From positions 53,480 through 117,479 of the forward strand of contig JAGWUB010000001.1 of NCBI GenBank assembly GCA_028868715.1: a stretch of DNA of 64,000 bases, read 5' to 3'. Positions within the stretch are counted from its first letter, which is position 1. Each line of letters opens with the position of its first letter. This document shows positions 55,667 through 64,000 of this stretch, in pieces. The DNA is from Patescibacteria group bacterium (GTDB taxonomy: Bacteria > Patescibacteriota > Minisyncoccia > Phycocordibacterales > UBA9973). The position numbers and the translations under genes were made by a program. The notes below the pieces were generated by a model. That model made no database searches, was not told the DNA's origin, and was given only the letters and a program-made list of their open reading frames with translations.

Positions 55667-56825
55667 AATGAAAAAATATTTACCATACGTTTTAATACTA
55701 ATTATTATAGTGGGATTTTTTGGTTCAGCATTGAAAGTTAGTGCAGAAACATATCAACAATGCGTAGAAAGAACTAAAAACTTACCTATAGATACTAACG
55801 TAGATCCGTGTGCAGGATTACAACCAGACCCAGGAACTGTAATAAACAATAATGTCACCCCAGCAACCCCAAAAACACCAGACCCAGCAAGCTACCACCT
55901 CTTGCAACCACTCCCAGGTGTAAGTGGAGATTTTAGCCCTGGGCCGACAAATGCTCTAGGTAGTTATTTGAATTCAATGATAACTCTATTTATCGGTCTG
56001 TGTGCTGTGGTAGCGGTGGTGATGATTGTGATAGGTGGCATAGAGTGGTCTACAAGTGAACTCATTTCTAAAAAAGAAGCAGCCAAGGAGCGGATTTGGG
56101 GTGCTGTTTTAGGGCTTCTCTTGGCTCTGGGTTCATATGCTCTTTTATATACAATAAATCCTGATTTACTAAATACTAATGTGGATATTGGGGATGTGAC
56201 AATACAATCGACAATTGAGCAACAGATTAAAGACCTTGTAGATATAAGAACCTCGGGAATCCAAACTATTGATGGAAAACCAGGAGCTAAAATAAACTTT
56301 AAAGCAGAGGCTTGTCCGGTGGCGTTAGCTGTTGAGGGAACAACAGGAGTGAAAGCTGCATACCTTTTAGCAATATTTGACCAAGAGTCAAGTAGTGGGA
56401 GTATGGCTTTTTCAGGGTGCTCATCAAGTAACGCAAGTTGTGTTAAATGGCGACCTGGTACTGGAGATGAGCAAAAATTAAATCAAATATTGGCCGCAAT
56501 CGGAAAAACTTCTCCAGTAAACGTATCACCTGGCGGTACAGCTGGTGGCGCCTATGGTGGGTGTATGGGATATATGCAAGTTTGTCCATCAGAATGGATT
56601 AGGGTTGGTGGGTTGGGTAAAAACCCTTGGAACTTAAACGATTCAATGACAGTAGCTGCAAATCTTTTAGTAAGAGAAAAGGGCTATAATCAAAACCCAG
56701 CACAATCTGTTTGTAAGTATTTCGGTAGTTGTGGTGGTGGTGGTCTAGTTAATTATCAAGCAAGTGTTCTACGTAAGGCTGCAGCATTTCAAGACAGGAT
56801 TAATAAAGGAGATTGTAGTGCCTAA
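55653..56825 (+). CDS. Fusion of a T4SS pilin-like (VirB2/TrbC-like) N-terminal module and a C-terminal lytic-transglycosylase (SLT, VirB1-like) domain.
   Basis: Signal peptide. A Pro/Thr linker follows, then two hydrophobic helices (MITLFIGLCAVVAVVMIVIGGIEW; IWGAVLGLLLALGSYALLY) in a pilin-like topology. The C-terminal SLT core is LAIFDQESSSGS...GCMGYMQVCPSEW, with the catalytic Glu in the ES motif and a GxMQ motif. Confidence 0.55.
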   Translation: MSHFKMKKYLPYVLILIIIVGFFGSALKVSAETYQQCVERTKNLPIDTNVDPCAGLQPDPGTVINNNVTPATPKTPDPASYHLLQPLPGVSGDFSPGPTNALGSYLNSMITLFIGLCAVVAVVMIVIGGIEWSTSELISKKEAAKERIWGAVLGLLLALGSYALLYTINPDLLNTNVDIGDVTIQSTIEQQIKDLVDIRTSGIQTIDGKPGAKINFKAEACPVALAVEGTTGVKAAYLLAIFDQESSSGSMAFSGCSSSNASCVKWRPGTGDEQKLNQILAAIGKTSPVNVSPGGTAGGAYGGCMGYMQVCPSEWIRVGGLGKNPWNLNDSMTVAANLLVREKGYNQNPAQSVCKYFGSCGGGGLVNYQASVLRKAAAFQDRINKGDCSA

Positions 56826-56836
56826 ATGATAAAAAT

Positions 56837-58240
56837 ATGCCAAAAAGAAACTTTATACTTTTAATAACCATCTTAGCTCTCATAATAATCGGGCTATTTG
56901 GATTTTTATATTTACGCTCGGGAACAACTCCTGTGGAGGTTGTCAGCAATGGCACAAATTTTCTTTCTATGTTTAATCCATTTAGAAGCAATCCTTCTAC
57001 TCCTGGAACCACTCCACCTGAAACAAACACACCTGGCGAAGATCAAGGTACTCAGAGCGGGGAGGTGGTAGCAGAAAACTTGAAAAAAGTTTCCACCATG
57101 CCTATCGCTGGGTTCACAATATTTTCCAAAGAAAGATTAAAGGAAGTTCCAGTAGTAGTGCCACCTCCAAGCACTACTGACAGTACAACCACACCAGCAA
57201 CAACCACGACACCTACTACTACAACTCCAGCAACCCCTCCATCAGCGGCTCCAGTTAAAAAAGCGCCAGTGGTTAAGCCTGTTCCACCAAAAACTGAGTT
57301 TGCCGAAGCTGTCAGGTATGTAGAGAGAGCTACTGGAAATATATATCAAACTTTTGTAGATAAAATAGAAGAAAAAAAGTTTTCTCAAACAGTTATACCT
57401 AAAATATATGATGCCTATTTTGGCAATCAAGGAATGTCTGTAGTCATGCGACACTTAAAATTAGGGGATGCAACTATAGAAACTTTCTATGGTCTTCTGC
57501 CGAAAGAGAAATTTGGCGAAGATCTAACTAATAATGAAATAAAGGGATCATTCTTACCAGACAATGTTAAAGACATTAGCCTATCGCCAGACGCTTCAAA
57601 AATATTTTACTTATTAAACGTAGGAAATTCTGCGGTTGGTACAATTTTAAATTTAGCAGATGGCAAAAAAACTCAAATTTTTAATTCTGTTTTTTCAGAG
57701 TGGAATTCCAACTGGGGAAGTGCCAATACAATTACTCTGACTACAAAACCTTCAGGAGCCGTGCCTGGATATATGTATGCGATTAATGTAGGCACTAAGA
57801 ATTTCAGCAATGTACTCGGAAACGTAAATGGATTAACCACGCTGATGAGCCCAAGTGGTAAATTGGTCTTGGTAGGCAATGGATCTTTGTCATTATATAT
57901 CTACCATACAGACACAAAAGCATTTGACCAGCTTGGAGTAAATACTCTACCTGAAAAATGTACCTGGAATAAAATGAGTGATGCTGTCTATTGTGCTGTG
58001 CCGACATTTATTACTGGGGCAACTTATCCAGATGATTGGTATCGTGGAGAAATATCATTCTCTGACCAAATTTGGAAAATAAATATAAAAGATGGAAACA
58101 CTAAGATGATCGCGGATCCACTCGCAATAACCAACCCGGAAGATATTGATGGTATTAAGCTCGCCGTGGATAACAATGAAAACTATTTATTTTTTGTAAA
58201 TAAAAAAGACTCCTTTCTTTGGGAGCTATCTCTAAAATAA
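56837..58240 (+). CDS. Bitopic membrane protein with a Pro/Thr-rich linker and a beta-rich C-terminal domain; the last gene of the T4SS-like block.
   Basis: N-terminal TM ILLITILALIIIGLFGFLYL and a linker PPSTTDSTTTPATTTTPTTTTPATPPSAAP. The C-terminal domain is unrecognised. Confidence 0.45.
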   Translation: MPKRNFILLITILALIIIGLFGFLYLRSGTTPVEVVSNGTNFLSMFNPFRSNPSTPGTTPPETNTPGEDQGTQSGEVVAENLKKVSTMPIAGFTIFSKERLKEVPVVVPPPSTTDSTTTPATTTTPTTTTPATPPSAAPVKKAPVVKPVPPKTEFAEAVRYVERATGNIYQTFVDKIEEKKFSQTVIPKIYDAYFGNQGMSVVMRHLKLGDATIETFYGLLPKEKFGEDLTNNEIKGSFLPDNVKDISLSPDASKIFYLLNVGNSAVGTILNLADGKKTQIFNSVFSEWNSNWGSANTITLTTKPSGAVPGYMYAINVGTKNFSNVLGNVNGLTTLMSPSGKLVLVGNGSLSLYIYHTDTKAFDQLGVNTLPEKCTWNKMSDAVYCAVPTFITGATYPDDWYRGEISFSDQIWKINIKDGNTKMIADPLAITNPEDIDGIKLAVDNNENYLFFVNKKDSFLWELSLK

Positions 58241-58272
58241 AAATTCTTTTGTAGTATAAGAAAGAATTTTTT
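58238..58272. terminator. Bidirectional terminator hairpin between the T4SS block (+) and jag (-).
   Basis: aaaattcttt-gtagtataag-aaagaatttt with flanking A/T runs. Confidence 0.5.
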
Positions 58273-58762
58273 ATATTTCTCCGATGTATTTTATGACCAC
58301 TCGACGAGAGGGGCCGAAACCCATAGATTCTGTCTTCAGATCGGGCGCATCAGATAAAAATTCATGGACTACTCTACGTTCAAAAGCTGACATCGGATCT
58401 ACTTCTATGTTTGATTTAAAATATCTTGCCCTCTCAGACATCATGTGGGCCACCGCGCGAATACTATCTATGCGACGTTTTTGAAAATCGTTAATGTCTA
58501 TTAAAATCGAGCTTTCTTTGCGTTTTGCTGCTAATTCTGGCGTACTTGGTGCGGGCTCCTTGGCTTCAATTATCCTGCGAACTAGGTGGTTTAGAGCGTA
58601 AATAGCTTCACCTTCGTGTTTGATAAAAAAATGTGGATCCTTCACTTCAACGGCAAACCAAGTGCTGGTTCCCTTATCCTCAAGAACATTGACCTTAGGT
58701 GTGTCTAGGGTAATTTTTTCAATTAATTCTCCTATTAATTTTTGAACTTGTTCCTTATTCAT
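58271..58762 (-). CDS. jag: Jag/KhpB (KH plus R3H RNA-binding protein).
   Basis: R3H region RRVVHEFLSDAPDLKTESMGFGPSRRVVIKY. Its position downstream of yidC is conserved. Confidence 0.75.
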   Translation of the reverse strand: MNKEQVQKLIGELIEKITLDTPKVNVLEDKGTSTWFAVEVKDPHFFIKHEGEAIYALNHLVRRIIEAKEPAPSTPELAAKRKESSILIDINDFQKRRIDSIRAVAHMMSERARYFKSNIEVDPMSAFERRVVHEFLSDAPDLKTESMGFGPSRRVVIKYIGEI

Positions 58763-59528
58763 GTTTTTTTTGTTCCTGTATTAATTTCTGCTCTTCTACT
58801 GGGAGAGCTTCAATGACTAAAGGATCGTGACGTTTCGCATATAGTTGCTGGCCCACCGCAAAAAGATTGCTGGTGATCCAATACAAGGCGATGGCTCCTG
58901 AAATACGGTAAGCTATGAAGGCTACGATAAACGGAAAAATGTATTTCATCTGCATGGTCATGCTTTTACTAAAACTCTCTGCAAAAGATCCAGGGGTGTT
59001 AGAGGCACTGACAGCAGGTTTCGGCATATAGTATGCTTGGAGGTATTGAGACACACCAGCTAGTATCGCCAAAAATAAACTTTTACCACTAATATCTAAA
59101 ATACCCAAGAAAAGCATATTGATGTGTGCCGGAACGTGGATGAAAGAATAAAGAACATTACTATTGAAAATAATTCCTTTATAGAAAACATAATATAAAG
59201 CAAAAATAATTGGGATCTGAATCAAAATCAAAAGACATCCAGAAAAAGGATTTGTTTTATGCTTTTTATAAAGTTCAAAAGTGAGCCTAGCTTGTTCTTC
59301 TTTACTTGCTCCACTTTCTTTTATTTTATTAAGCTCTGGAGCCAAAATACTCATTTGAGCCTGACTTTCTATGGACTTTTGAGAAAGAGGGAAGAGTATA
59401 ATTTTAACTAAAACCGTTAGTAAAATAACCGCAAGACCCACATCTCCACCTGGGATAATTGAAACCAAGAAGGCTAATGCGTTTATTAATGGATGATATA
59501 AAACAATATTCCAAATATTTCCAATCAT
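58755..59528 (-). CDS. yidC: Membrane protein insertase YidC (short form).
   Basis: Multi-TM with PLSQKSIESQAQMSILAPELNKIKE and the YidC/Oxa1 core. It sits in the rnpA-yidD-yidC-jag order. Confidence 0.85.
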   Translation of the reverse strand: MIGNIWNIVLYHPLINALAFLVSIIPGGDVGLAVILLTVLVKIILFPLSQKSIESQAQMSILAPELNKIKESGASKEEQARLTFELYKKHKTNPFSGCLLILIQIPIIFALYYVFYKGIIFNSNVLYSFIHVPAHINMLFLGILDISGKSLFLAILAGVSQYLQAYYMPKPAVSASNTPGSFAESFSKSMTMQMKYIFPFIVAFIAYRISGAIALYWITSNLFAVGQQLYAKRHDPLVIEALPVEEQKLIQEQKKHE

Positions 59529-59598
59529 TAGCCCATTCTATCCCATAGTCCGGTTTTTAGCAAAATTTATTGCGAGATAGGTATGAAAATTAATTTGA

Positions 59599-59814
59599 TC
59601 ACTTTAATGGGTCTATGTGGATTTTTTGCCATGGATGACACCTTAAAATACGAAAAAATCCCAAATAACTCCCTTTTACTATTCCATATTTTTGGATAGC
59701 TTCTTTGGTGTACTCCGAGCAAGTAGGATAAAAAACGCAACTCGGTTTAATAAAAACAGAAATGTATTTTTGGTAAAAATTAATTAATTTTATTGAGTAT
59801 GTTTTTAATTTCAT
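59599..59814 (-). CDS. yidD: Membrane protein insertion efficiency factor YidD.
   Basis: CVFYPTCSEYTKEAIQKYGIVKGSYLGFFRILRCHPW...HIDPL is the YidD signature. The start is taken at the internal Met, giving the usual ~70 aa. It overlaps the rnpA 3' end, as is common. Confidence 0.75.
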   Translation of the reverse strand: MKLKTYSIKLINFYQKYISVFIKPSCVFYPTCSEYTKEAIQKYGIVKGSYLGFFRILRCHPWQKIHIDPLK

Positions 59815-60106
59815 CTTCAAGTATTGAAATGTCGTCTTGATATTTTTTAAAAACAAGAGCCCCCAGCAATCCAGCAGGGAATTGATTGATATATTTACCC
59901 AAAGCGGTATATCCACGTCGTCGCAGTAGATTTCTCTTAACAGCCAGTTTGGCAATACTTTTAGGCGCAATACAAGAAATTTGTGGAGGGGTTTTATGGT
60001 TGGTTAGTAAAAATTTGAAAGTAAGGTTGGGGGAAACAACAAATTTCCCTGTTTTAAAAATTAGGTCTATGTTTTTTTTATCTACCCTGTTTTTTTTAGG
60101 AAGCAT
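59780..60106 (-). CDS. rnpA: RNase P protein component.
   Basis: MLPKKNRVDKKNIDLIFKTGKFV... is the basic RnpA N-terminus. It lies downstream of rpmH. Confidence 0.8.
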   Translation of the reverse strand: MLPKKNRVDKKNIDLIFKTGKFVVSPNLTFKFLLTNHKTPPQISCIAPKSIAKLAVKRNLLRRRGYTALGKYINQFPAGLLGALVFKKYQDDISILEDEIKNILNKIN

Positions 60107-60130
60107 TGTTTACCCATAAAGGATATTCGC

Positions 60131-60265
60131 TTATACAGAGAGCTTAGCCCGTCCTTTTCTTCTTCGGCGTTGAAGCACTTTTGTGCCAGTTTTAGTCCTA
60201 GATCTAACTAAAAATCCATGGGCGCGAGCTCTTTTTCTTTTTTTAGGTTGATATGTTTGTGACAT
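60131..60265 (-). CDS. rpmH: 50S ribosomal protein L34.
   Basis: Manual translation of the minus strand gives [44 protein letters not shown] (44 aa), a clear L34 signature. It is not in the ORF track because it is too short. Confidence 0.85.
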   Translation of the reverse strand: MSQTYQPKKRKRARAHGFLVRSRTKTGTKVLQRRRRKGRAKLSV

Positions 60266-60320
60266 ATTTTATACTATATATTAAAATTGAATCTTAGGCA
60301 ACCCGCGGAAGAATATATTC

Positions 60321-60340
60321 TTATCCACAGATTATCAACA
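60321..60340 (+). promoter_or_regulatory. DnaA boxes upstream of dnaA: TTATCCACA (perfect) and TTATCAACA (one mismatch).
   Basis: The plus strand reads cTTATCCACAgaTTATCAACAgg, about 50 nt upstream of dnaA. Confidence 0.7.
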
Positions 60341-60389
60341 GGGTTATTAATTATTTTAATATTTTACTTTTACAAGAAGGTAGTATAAT

Positions 60390-61745
60390 GTGAATCACAT
60401 GGATACAAAACAGCTTTGGAAAAATTGTCTAGTTGAAATTGAGGCGAATTTATCGAAAGCAAATTTTAGCACTTGGTTTAAAAATACATCTATTTTAAAA
60501 GAGGAAATGGGTGTTATTTATATAAGGGTGCCAAATGAATTTGTTCGGGATTGGTTAATGAATAAATATCATAAACTTATAACTAAAACCCTAGCTGATG
60601 CTCATGAAAATATGCGAGCTGTTGAGTACGTAATCACTAAAATTGAGCCAAATATGCAGGAAATAGAAACAATAAACAAAGTTTCTTATATAAACAAGGA
60701 ATTGCCGTTAAGAGATCTCTATATAAACCCAGAAGATAACCTAAATCCACGCTATCACTTCAATTCTTTTATCGTCGGAGCATTTAATGAGCTAGCTTAC
60801 GCTGCTTCTCAGGCGATCATAGACAGTCCTGGGACTAAATACAATCCATTTTTTGTCTATGGAGCGACTGGACTTGGTAAAACGCACCTGATACAGGCTG
60901 TAGGTAATACAATAAAAGAGAAATATGAAAACAAAAAGGTGCATTATATGACTTTGGAAAAATTTGCGACTGATTTTATAAATTCATTACAAAGCAATAA
61001 GGCCAACTCATTCAAAGAAAAATATCGTAAGTATGATCTCCTGATCATAGACGATATTCAGTTTATTGGTAAGATGGAAAAAATACAAGAAGAATTATTC
61101 CACACATTTAACACCTTTTATGAAAGCAACAAGCAAATTATCTTTTCTTCCGACAAACACCCAAACTATATTCCGGAATTAGCTGATCGTTTGAAGTCTA
61201 GATTTGCGGCTGGGATGATAGTAGATGTGTCTGCGCCAGAATTTGAATCTCGTTTGGCAATTTTAAAGATAAAATTAAGAGAACTTAATATTGAGCTGGA
61301 GCCAGAAATAGTAGAGTATATCGCGAGCGCCGTAGAGGGGAATATTCGTGAACTTGAAGGTAGCCTAAATATAATAGTCTGCCAATATAGGTTGAAAAAT
61401 AGGCCTCTTCCGCTCTCTGAGGTCAAAAGTCTACTCAAAAACAACATGAAGCCGAAGAAAAATATAGCCATAAAAGAGGTTGTAAAAATAGTAAGTGACT
61501 ATTATAAAATAGAAGAACTATCTATTTATGAAAAAATAAGGAAGAAGGAAATAGTAAAAGCGAGACAAGTAATCATGTATCTACTGCGAGAAGATTTCAA
61601 CATCTCATATCCATTGATTGGGCAAAAATTAGGAGGTAAAGATCACACGACCGTCATCCACTCTTGTTTAAAAATTAAAGCAGATTTAAAAAATGATCCA
61701 CAGTTGTTACAAGAATTGGAACAGATAAGAATTATGTTTAAATAG
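60390..61745 (+). CDS. dnaA: Chromosomal replication initiator DnaA.
   Basis: AAA+ domain GATGLGKTHL, and a C-terminal DNA-binding domain ...KARQVIMYLLRE...GGKDHTTVIHS. Confidence 0.95.
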   Translation: MNHMDTKQLWKNCLVEIEANLSKANFSTWFKNTSILKEEMGVIYIRVPNEFVRDWLMNKYHKLITKTLADAHENMRAVEYVITKIEPNMQEIETINKVSYINKELPLRDLYINPEDNLNPRYHFNSFIVGAFNELAYAASQAIIDSPGTKYNPFFVYGATGLGKTHLIQAVGNTIKEKYENKKVHYMTLEKFATDFINSLQSNKANSFKEKYRKYDLLIIDDIQFIGKMEKIQEELFHTFNTFYESNKQIIFSSDKHPNYIPELADRLKSRFAAGMIVDVSAPEFESRLAILKIKLRELNIELEPEIVEYIASAVEGNIRELEGSLNIIVCQYRLKNRPLPLSEVKSLLKNNMKPKKNIAIKEVVKIVSDYYKIEELSIYEKIRKKEIVKARQVIMYLLREDFNISYPLIGQKLGGKDHTTVIHSCLKIKADLKNDPQLLQELEQIRIMFK

Positions 61746-61959
61746 TTGTTGATAAGTACCGTTAATGGTGTTGGTAAAAAATGATAAGTAAGTAAAGTTT
61801 TAAATTGTTAAATAATAATTATTAATTAAAAAAAAGTTATTAGATTAAAATTAAATAATAATTAGTTAAAATAATTATATTTAATCAATTAAAATAAATT
61901 TATCCACTTATCAACACAACTAACAGTATTAGTAATTTAAATATATAAAATATAAACAT
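61746..61959. other. Candidate oriC: the dnaA-dnaN intergenic AT-rich region with DnaA boxes.
   Basis: A 214-bp spacer, very AT-rich. It contains TGTTGATAA (61747-61755, minus-strand box), TTATCCACT (61900-61908) and TTATCAACA (61908-61916). Confidence 0.7.
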
Positions 61960-63057
61960 ATGAAATTAGAATGTAAAATAGAAGAACTTAAAAATGGAAT
62001 TTCTAAGGCAGAGAGAGTTATCGGAAAAAATCTTACTCTACCAATTTTAAATTCAATCCTATTAAGCACAGGAAAAAATTCTTTAATCCTAAGAGCCACC
62101 AATTTAAGTATTGGTGTTGAGATTGAAATTCCAGCTAAGGTGGCACAAGAGGGGGTGATAGCTATTTCCGGTTCAGTATTAAATAATATATTTTCAAACT
62201 TTTCTCAAAATGAAGATGTACTTCTCGAAGGTATAGACGGAAATTTATTAATTACAACAAAAAAAAGTAAAATAAAATTAAAAGGTCAACCACACGATGA
62301 CTTTCCAACAATACCGAAAGTTAGTGGGGTGGATTTTGAGATAGAGTCAAAAAAATTAATAGACGGTATAAAATCAGTCTATTACAGCTCTTTAATCTCA
62401 GATATAAAACCTGAGATTTCAAGTGTTTTTATATATACTAAAGATGATAATTTAGTTTTTGTATCAACTGATTCCTTTAGATTAGCAGAAAAGAAAATCA
62501 AAACAAAAAACCTCCCAGATATTATTGGTATTCTTATTCCATTTAAAAATGTTTCAGAAATACTTAGGATTTTTGGGGAGTTTACGGGAGTTTTAAAGCT
62601 ATGTTTTAATAAAAACGCAATCTCTTTTTCTTCAAATAATATATATTTAACATCCAGAGTAATTGATGGCATTTTTCCAGACTATCACCAAATCATCCCC
62701 AAAGAAGCTACTTCCACTGTGGTGGTGCTGAAACAGGACTTACTGAACGCACTAAAGATATCAAATATTTTTTCAGATAAATTCAACCAGGTAAATTTAG
62801 CAGTCAAGCCAAAGGAAAAGATTTTTGAGCTTTCCTCTACCAACAACGACATAGGTGAAAATAAAACATATTTGGACGCCACCATCACCGGAGAGAATGT
62901 GGAACTTGGCTTTAATTATAAATATTTTTTAGATTGTTTCCAATCAATCACGACTGATAGTATTTCTATAAAATTTTCTGGAGCAACTCGACCAATCGTT
63001 ATTTCAGCTGTTTCTGATTCCTCGTTTACATATCTCATTATGCCAATGAATAAGTAA
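61960..63057 (+). CDS. dnaN: DNA polymerase III beta sliding clamp.
   Basis: 365 aa with a three-domain clamp architecture. It sits immediately downstream of dnaA. Confidence 0.9.
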   Translation: MKLECKIEELKNGISKAERVIGKNLTLPILNSILLSTGKNSLILRATNLSIGVEIEIPAKVAQEGVIAISGSVLNNIFSNFSQNEDVLLEGIDGNLLITTKKSKIKLKGQPHDDFPTIPKVSGVDFEIESKKLIDGIKSVYYSSLISDIKPEISSVFIYTKDDNLVFVSTDSFRLAEKKIKTKNLPDIIGILIPFKNVSEILRIFGEFTGVLKLCFNKNAISFSSNNIYLTSRVIDGIFPDYHQIIPKEATSTVVVLKQDLLNALKISNIFSDKFNQVNLAVKPKEKIFELSSTNNDIGENKTYLDATITGENVELGFNYKYFLDCFQSITTDSISIKFSGATRPIVISAVSDSSFTYLIMPMNK

Positions 63058-63058
63058 A

Positions 63059-63316
63059 ATGATAGAAATAAAAGACTTACTTTCTAAATGGAACAACACC
63101 CTTCTTTCAGAAGAAGTAAAGACAGAATACATCAAAGAAGTTTTAGAGAAAGTAATTAAGATAAAAATAAAAAACACAGATATAAAAATAAAAGATAACA
63201 CAGTTTATTTAAATCTAAAACCAATTTACAAAAACGAGATCTTTCTAAACCAAGAAAAAATAATTTCTCTACTTACAGAAAAACTTGGTAAAAAAACTCC
63301 TAAAAATATCAGATAA
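63059..63316 (+). CDS. Small hypothetical protein downstream of dnaN, possibly DUF721/DciA-like.
   Basis: 85 aa. Its position and size fit the DUF721 proteins found next to dnaN/recF/gyrB. No confident motif. Confidence 0.35.
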   Translation: MIEIKDLLSKWNNTLLSEEVKTEYIKEVLEKVIKIKIKNTDIKIKDNTVYLNLKPIYKNEIFLNQEKIISLLTEKLGKKTPKNIR

Positions 63317-64000
63317 TTATTGAGGTATCTGGGTTGGCCAACTAGTGTGTATATTATCTACCGCCGTTGGTTTATCATTAATCGTTATTATTGGATAACG
63401 ACTTTTATTTTGAGCCCACCAATTCTGAATAGGTATTTCCCAATGACTAAACTGTGGGTCGTTACTTGGATTTACTGGAGGTGGACCGGTGATGTTTTCT
63501 GTATCCACCCAGTATAGAATAGAATGTACATTAGTAATCACTTTTTCTTCAGTTGTTTCTTGTGGAGTAAATTTTGTAGCTAATTTTCCAGAAATCTTAT
63601 CGATGAAAAACTTTTCATTTCCTTGCCAGAAACCAAGCAAGACTGGTTTGGTAGTTTGCGGGTCAACTGATAAATCTGGAGCTTCAAATTTTTCATCAGG
63701 TAGTGTTTTTAAAGCTTCAGTCATAAATTTATTCCAAATAGGTCCAGCTACAGCTGAGCCCCCACTCCTCATAGCTTTATTGTTATTATTACCCGCCCAG
63801 ACACCTACGGCGATCGATGGAGTATATCCAATCGTCCAAGCATCCTTGTCATTATTTGTCGTTCCAGTTTTTACCGCCACATCTTTATCAGGGATATAAA
63901 GAACAGAATGAGCTCCAAATGTAGGCACACGAGAAGCATCATTTTTTAAAATGTCTGATATGGTTAAAGCAGTATTTTTTGGCAGTACTTGCTGTGAGTT
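63317..64000 (-). CDS. Penicillin-binding protein transpeptidase domain, C-terminal part. The N-terminus lies beyond the window.
   Basis: KTGTTNNDKDAWTIGYTPSIAVGVWAGNNNN...GGSAVAGPIWNKFM carries the KTG motif and the C-terminal PBP signature. Confidence 0.75.
   Translation of the reverse strand, partial: NSQQVLPKNTALTISDILKNDASRVPTFGAHSVLYIPDKDVAVKTGTTNNDKDAWTIGYTPSIAVGVWAGNNNNKAMRSGGSAVAGPIWNKFMTEALKTLPDEKFEAPDLSVDPQTTKPVLLGFWQGNEKFFIDKISGKLATKFTPQETTEEKVITNVHSILYWVDTENITGPPPVNPSNDPQFSHWEIPIQNWWAQNKSRYPIITINDKPTAVDNIHTSWPTQIPQ

Noticed and set aside
1-64000. CRISPR arrays, rRNA genes, transposase or IS elements, prophage genes
   Set aside because: I saw no regularly spaced direct repeats, no rRNA-like conserved blocks, and no transposase or integrase ORF other than chromosomal XerC/D. 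The tRNA cluster lacks adjacent phage genes.

Overview
This is a low-GC, compact bacterial chromosomal segment. I infer it is probably from a small-genome Patescibacteria/CPR-like organism, based on gene content and shortened enzymes; nothing in the sequence proves it. It spans the replication origin. The conserved block rpmH-rnpA-yidD-yidC-jag lies on the minus strand, divergent from dnaA-dnaN. An AT-rich dnaA-dnaN spacer carries several DnaA boxes and is a good oriC candidate.

Housekeeping content:
- nusA, ppa, tig, clpP and a membrane-anchored Clp-type AAA+ ATPase
- rny, hup, lexA, comM, a dksA/traR-like gene
- metK preceded by a SAM-I riboswitch
- greA, pnp, rpsO, murI, xth, xerC/D, pcrA, ksgA, a CCA-adding enzyme, a ZIP transporter
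- four tRNAs: Pro-UGG, Gly-UCC, Arg-UCG, Gly-GCC

Non-routine content:
1. A ~13 kb plus-strand block (45.0-58.2 kb) next to oriC encodes a type IV secretion/conjugation-like apparatus. It has a VirB4 ATPase split into two ORFs, a VirB6/TrbL-like polytopic protein, a PrgI/VirB3-like protein, a pilin-like/lytic-transglycosylase fusion and several secreted proteins. No relaxase or coupling protein is visible. This is my main candidate system.
2. A compact three-gene cassette pairs a PaaK-like adenylating enzyme with a ThiF/E1-like enzyme and a nitroreductase-like enzyme. I flag it as a candidate peptide or small-molecule modification system; no YcaO or precursor peptide is visible.
3. An HD-domain alarmone hydrolase and a RelA/SpoT-type synthetase-domain gene sit convergently, next to a PP-loop ATPase.
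4. Two paralogous Thr/Gly/Cys-rich secreted repeat proteins lie next to a truncated pilB/gspE gene.
5. A Cheo-type LexA box is embedded in a near-consensus promoter for a small-ORF + lexA operon.
6. Two copies of a hairpin element share 14-15-bp inverted arms around different GC-rich inner palindromes.
7. A 19-bp direct duplication of the tRNA-Gly 3' end suggests an integration scar.
8. Extra-origin DnaA boxes, a compositionally GC-rich gene, and a long possibly structured leader near pnp and the M23 peptidase gene.

All calls are by eye from motifs and the ORF track; no searches were run.
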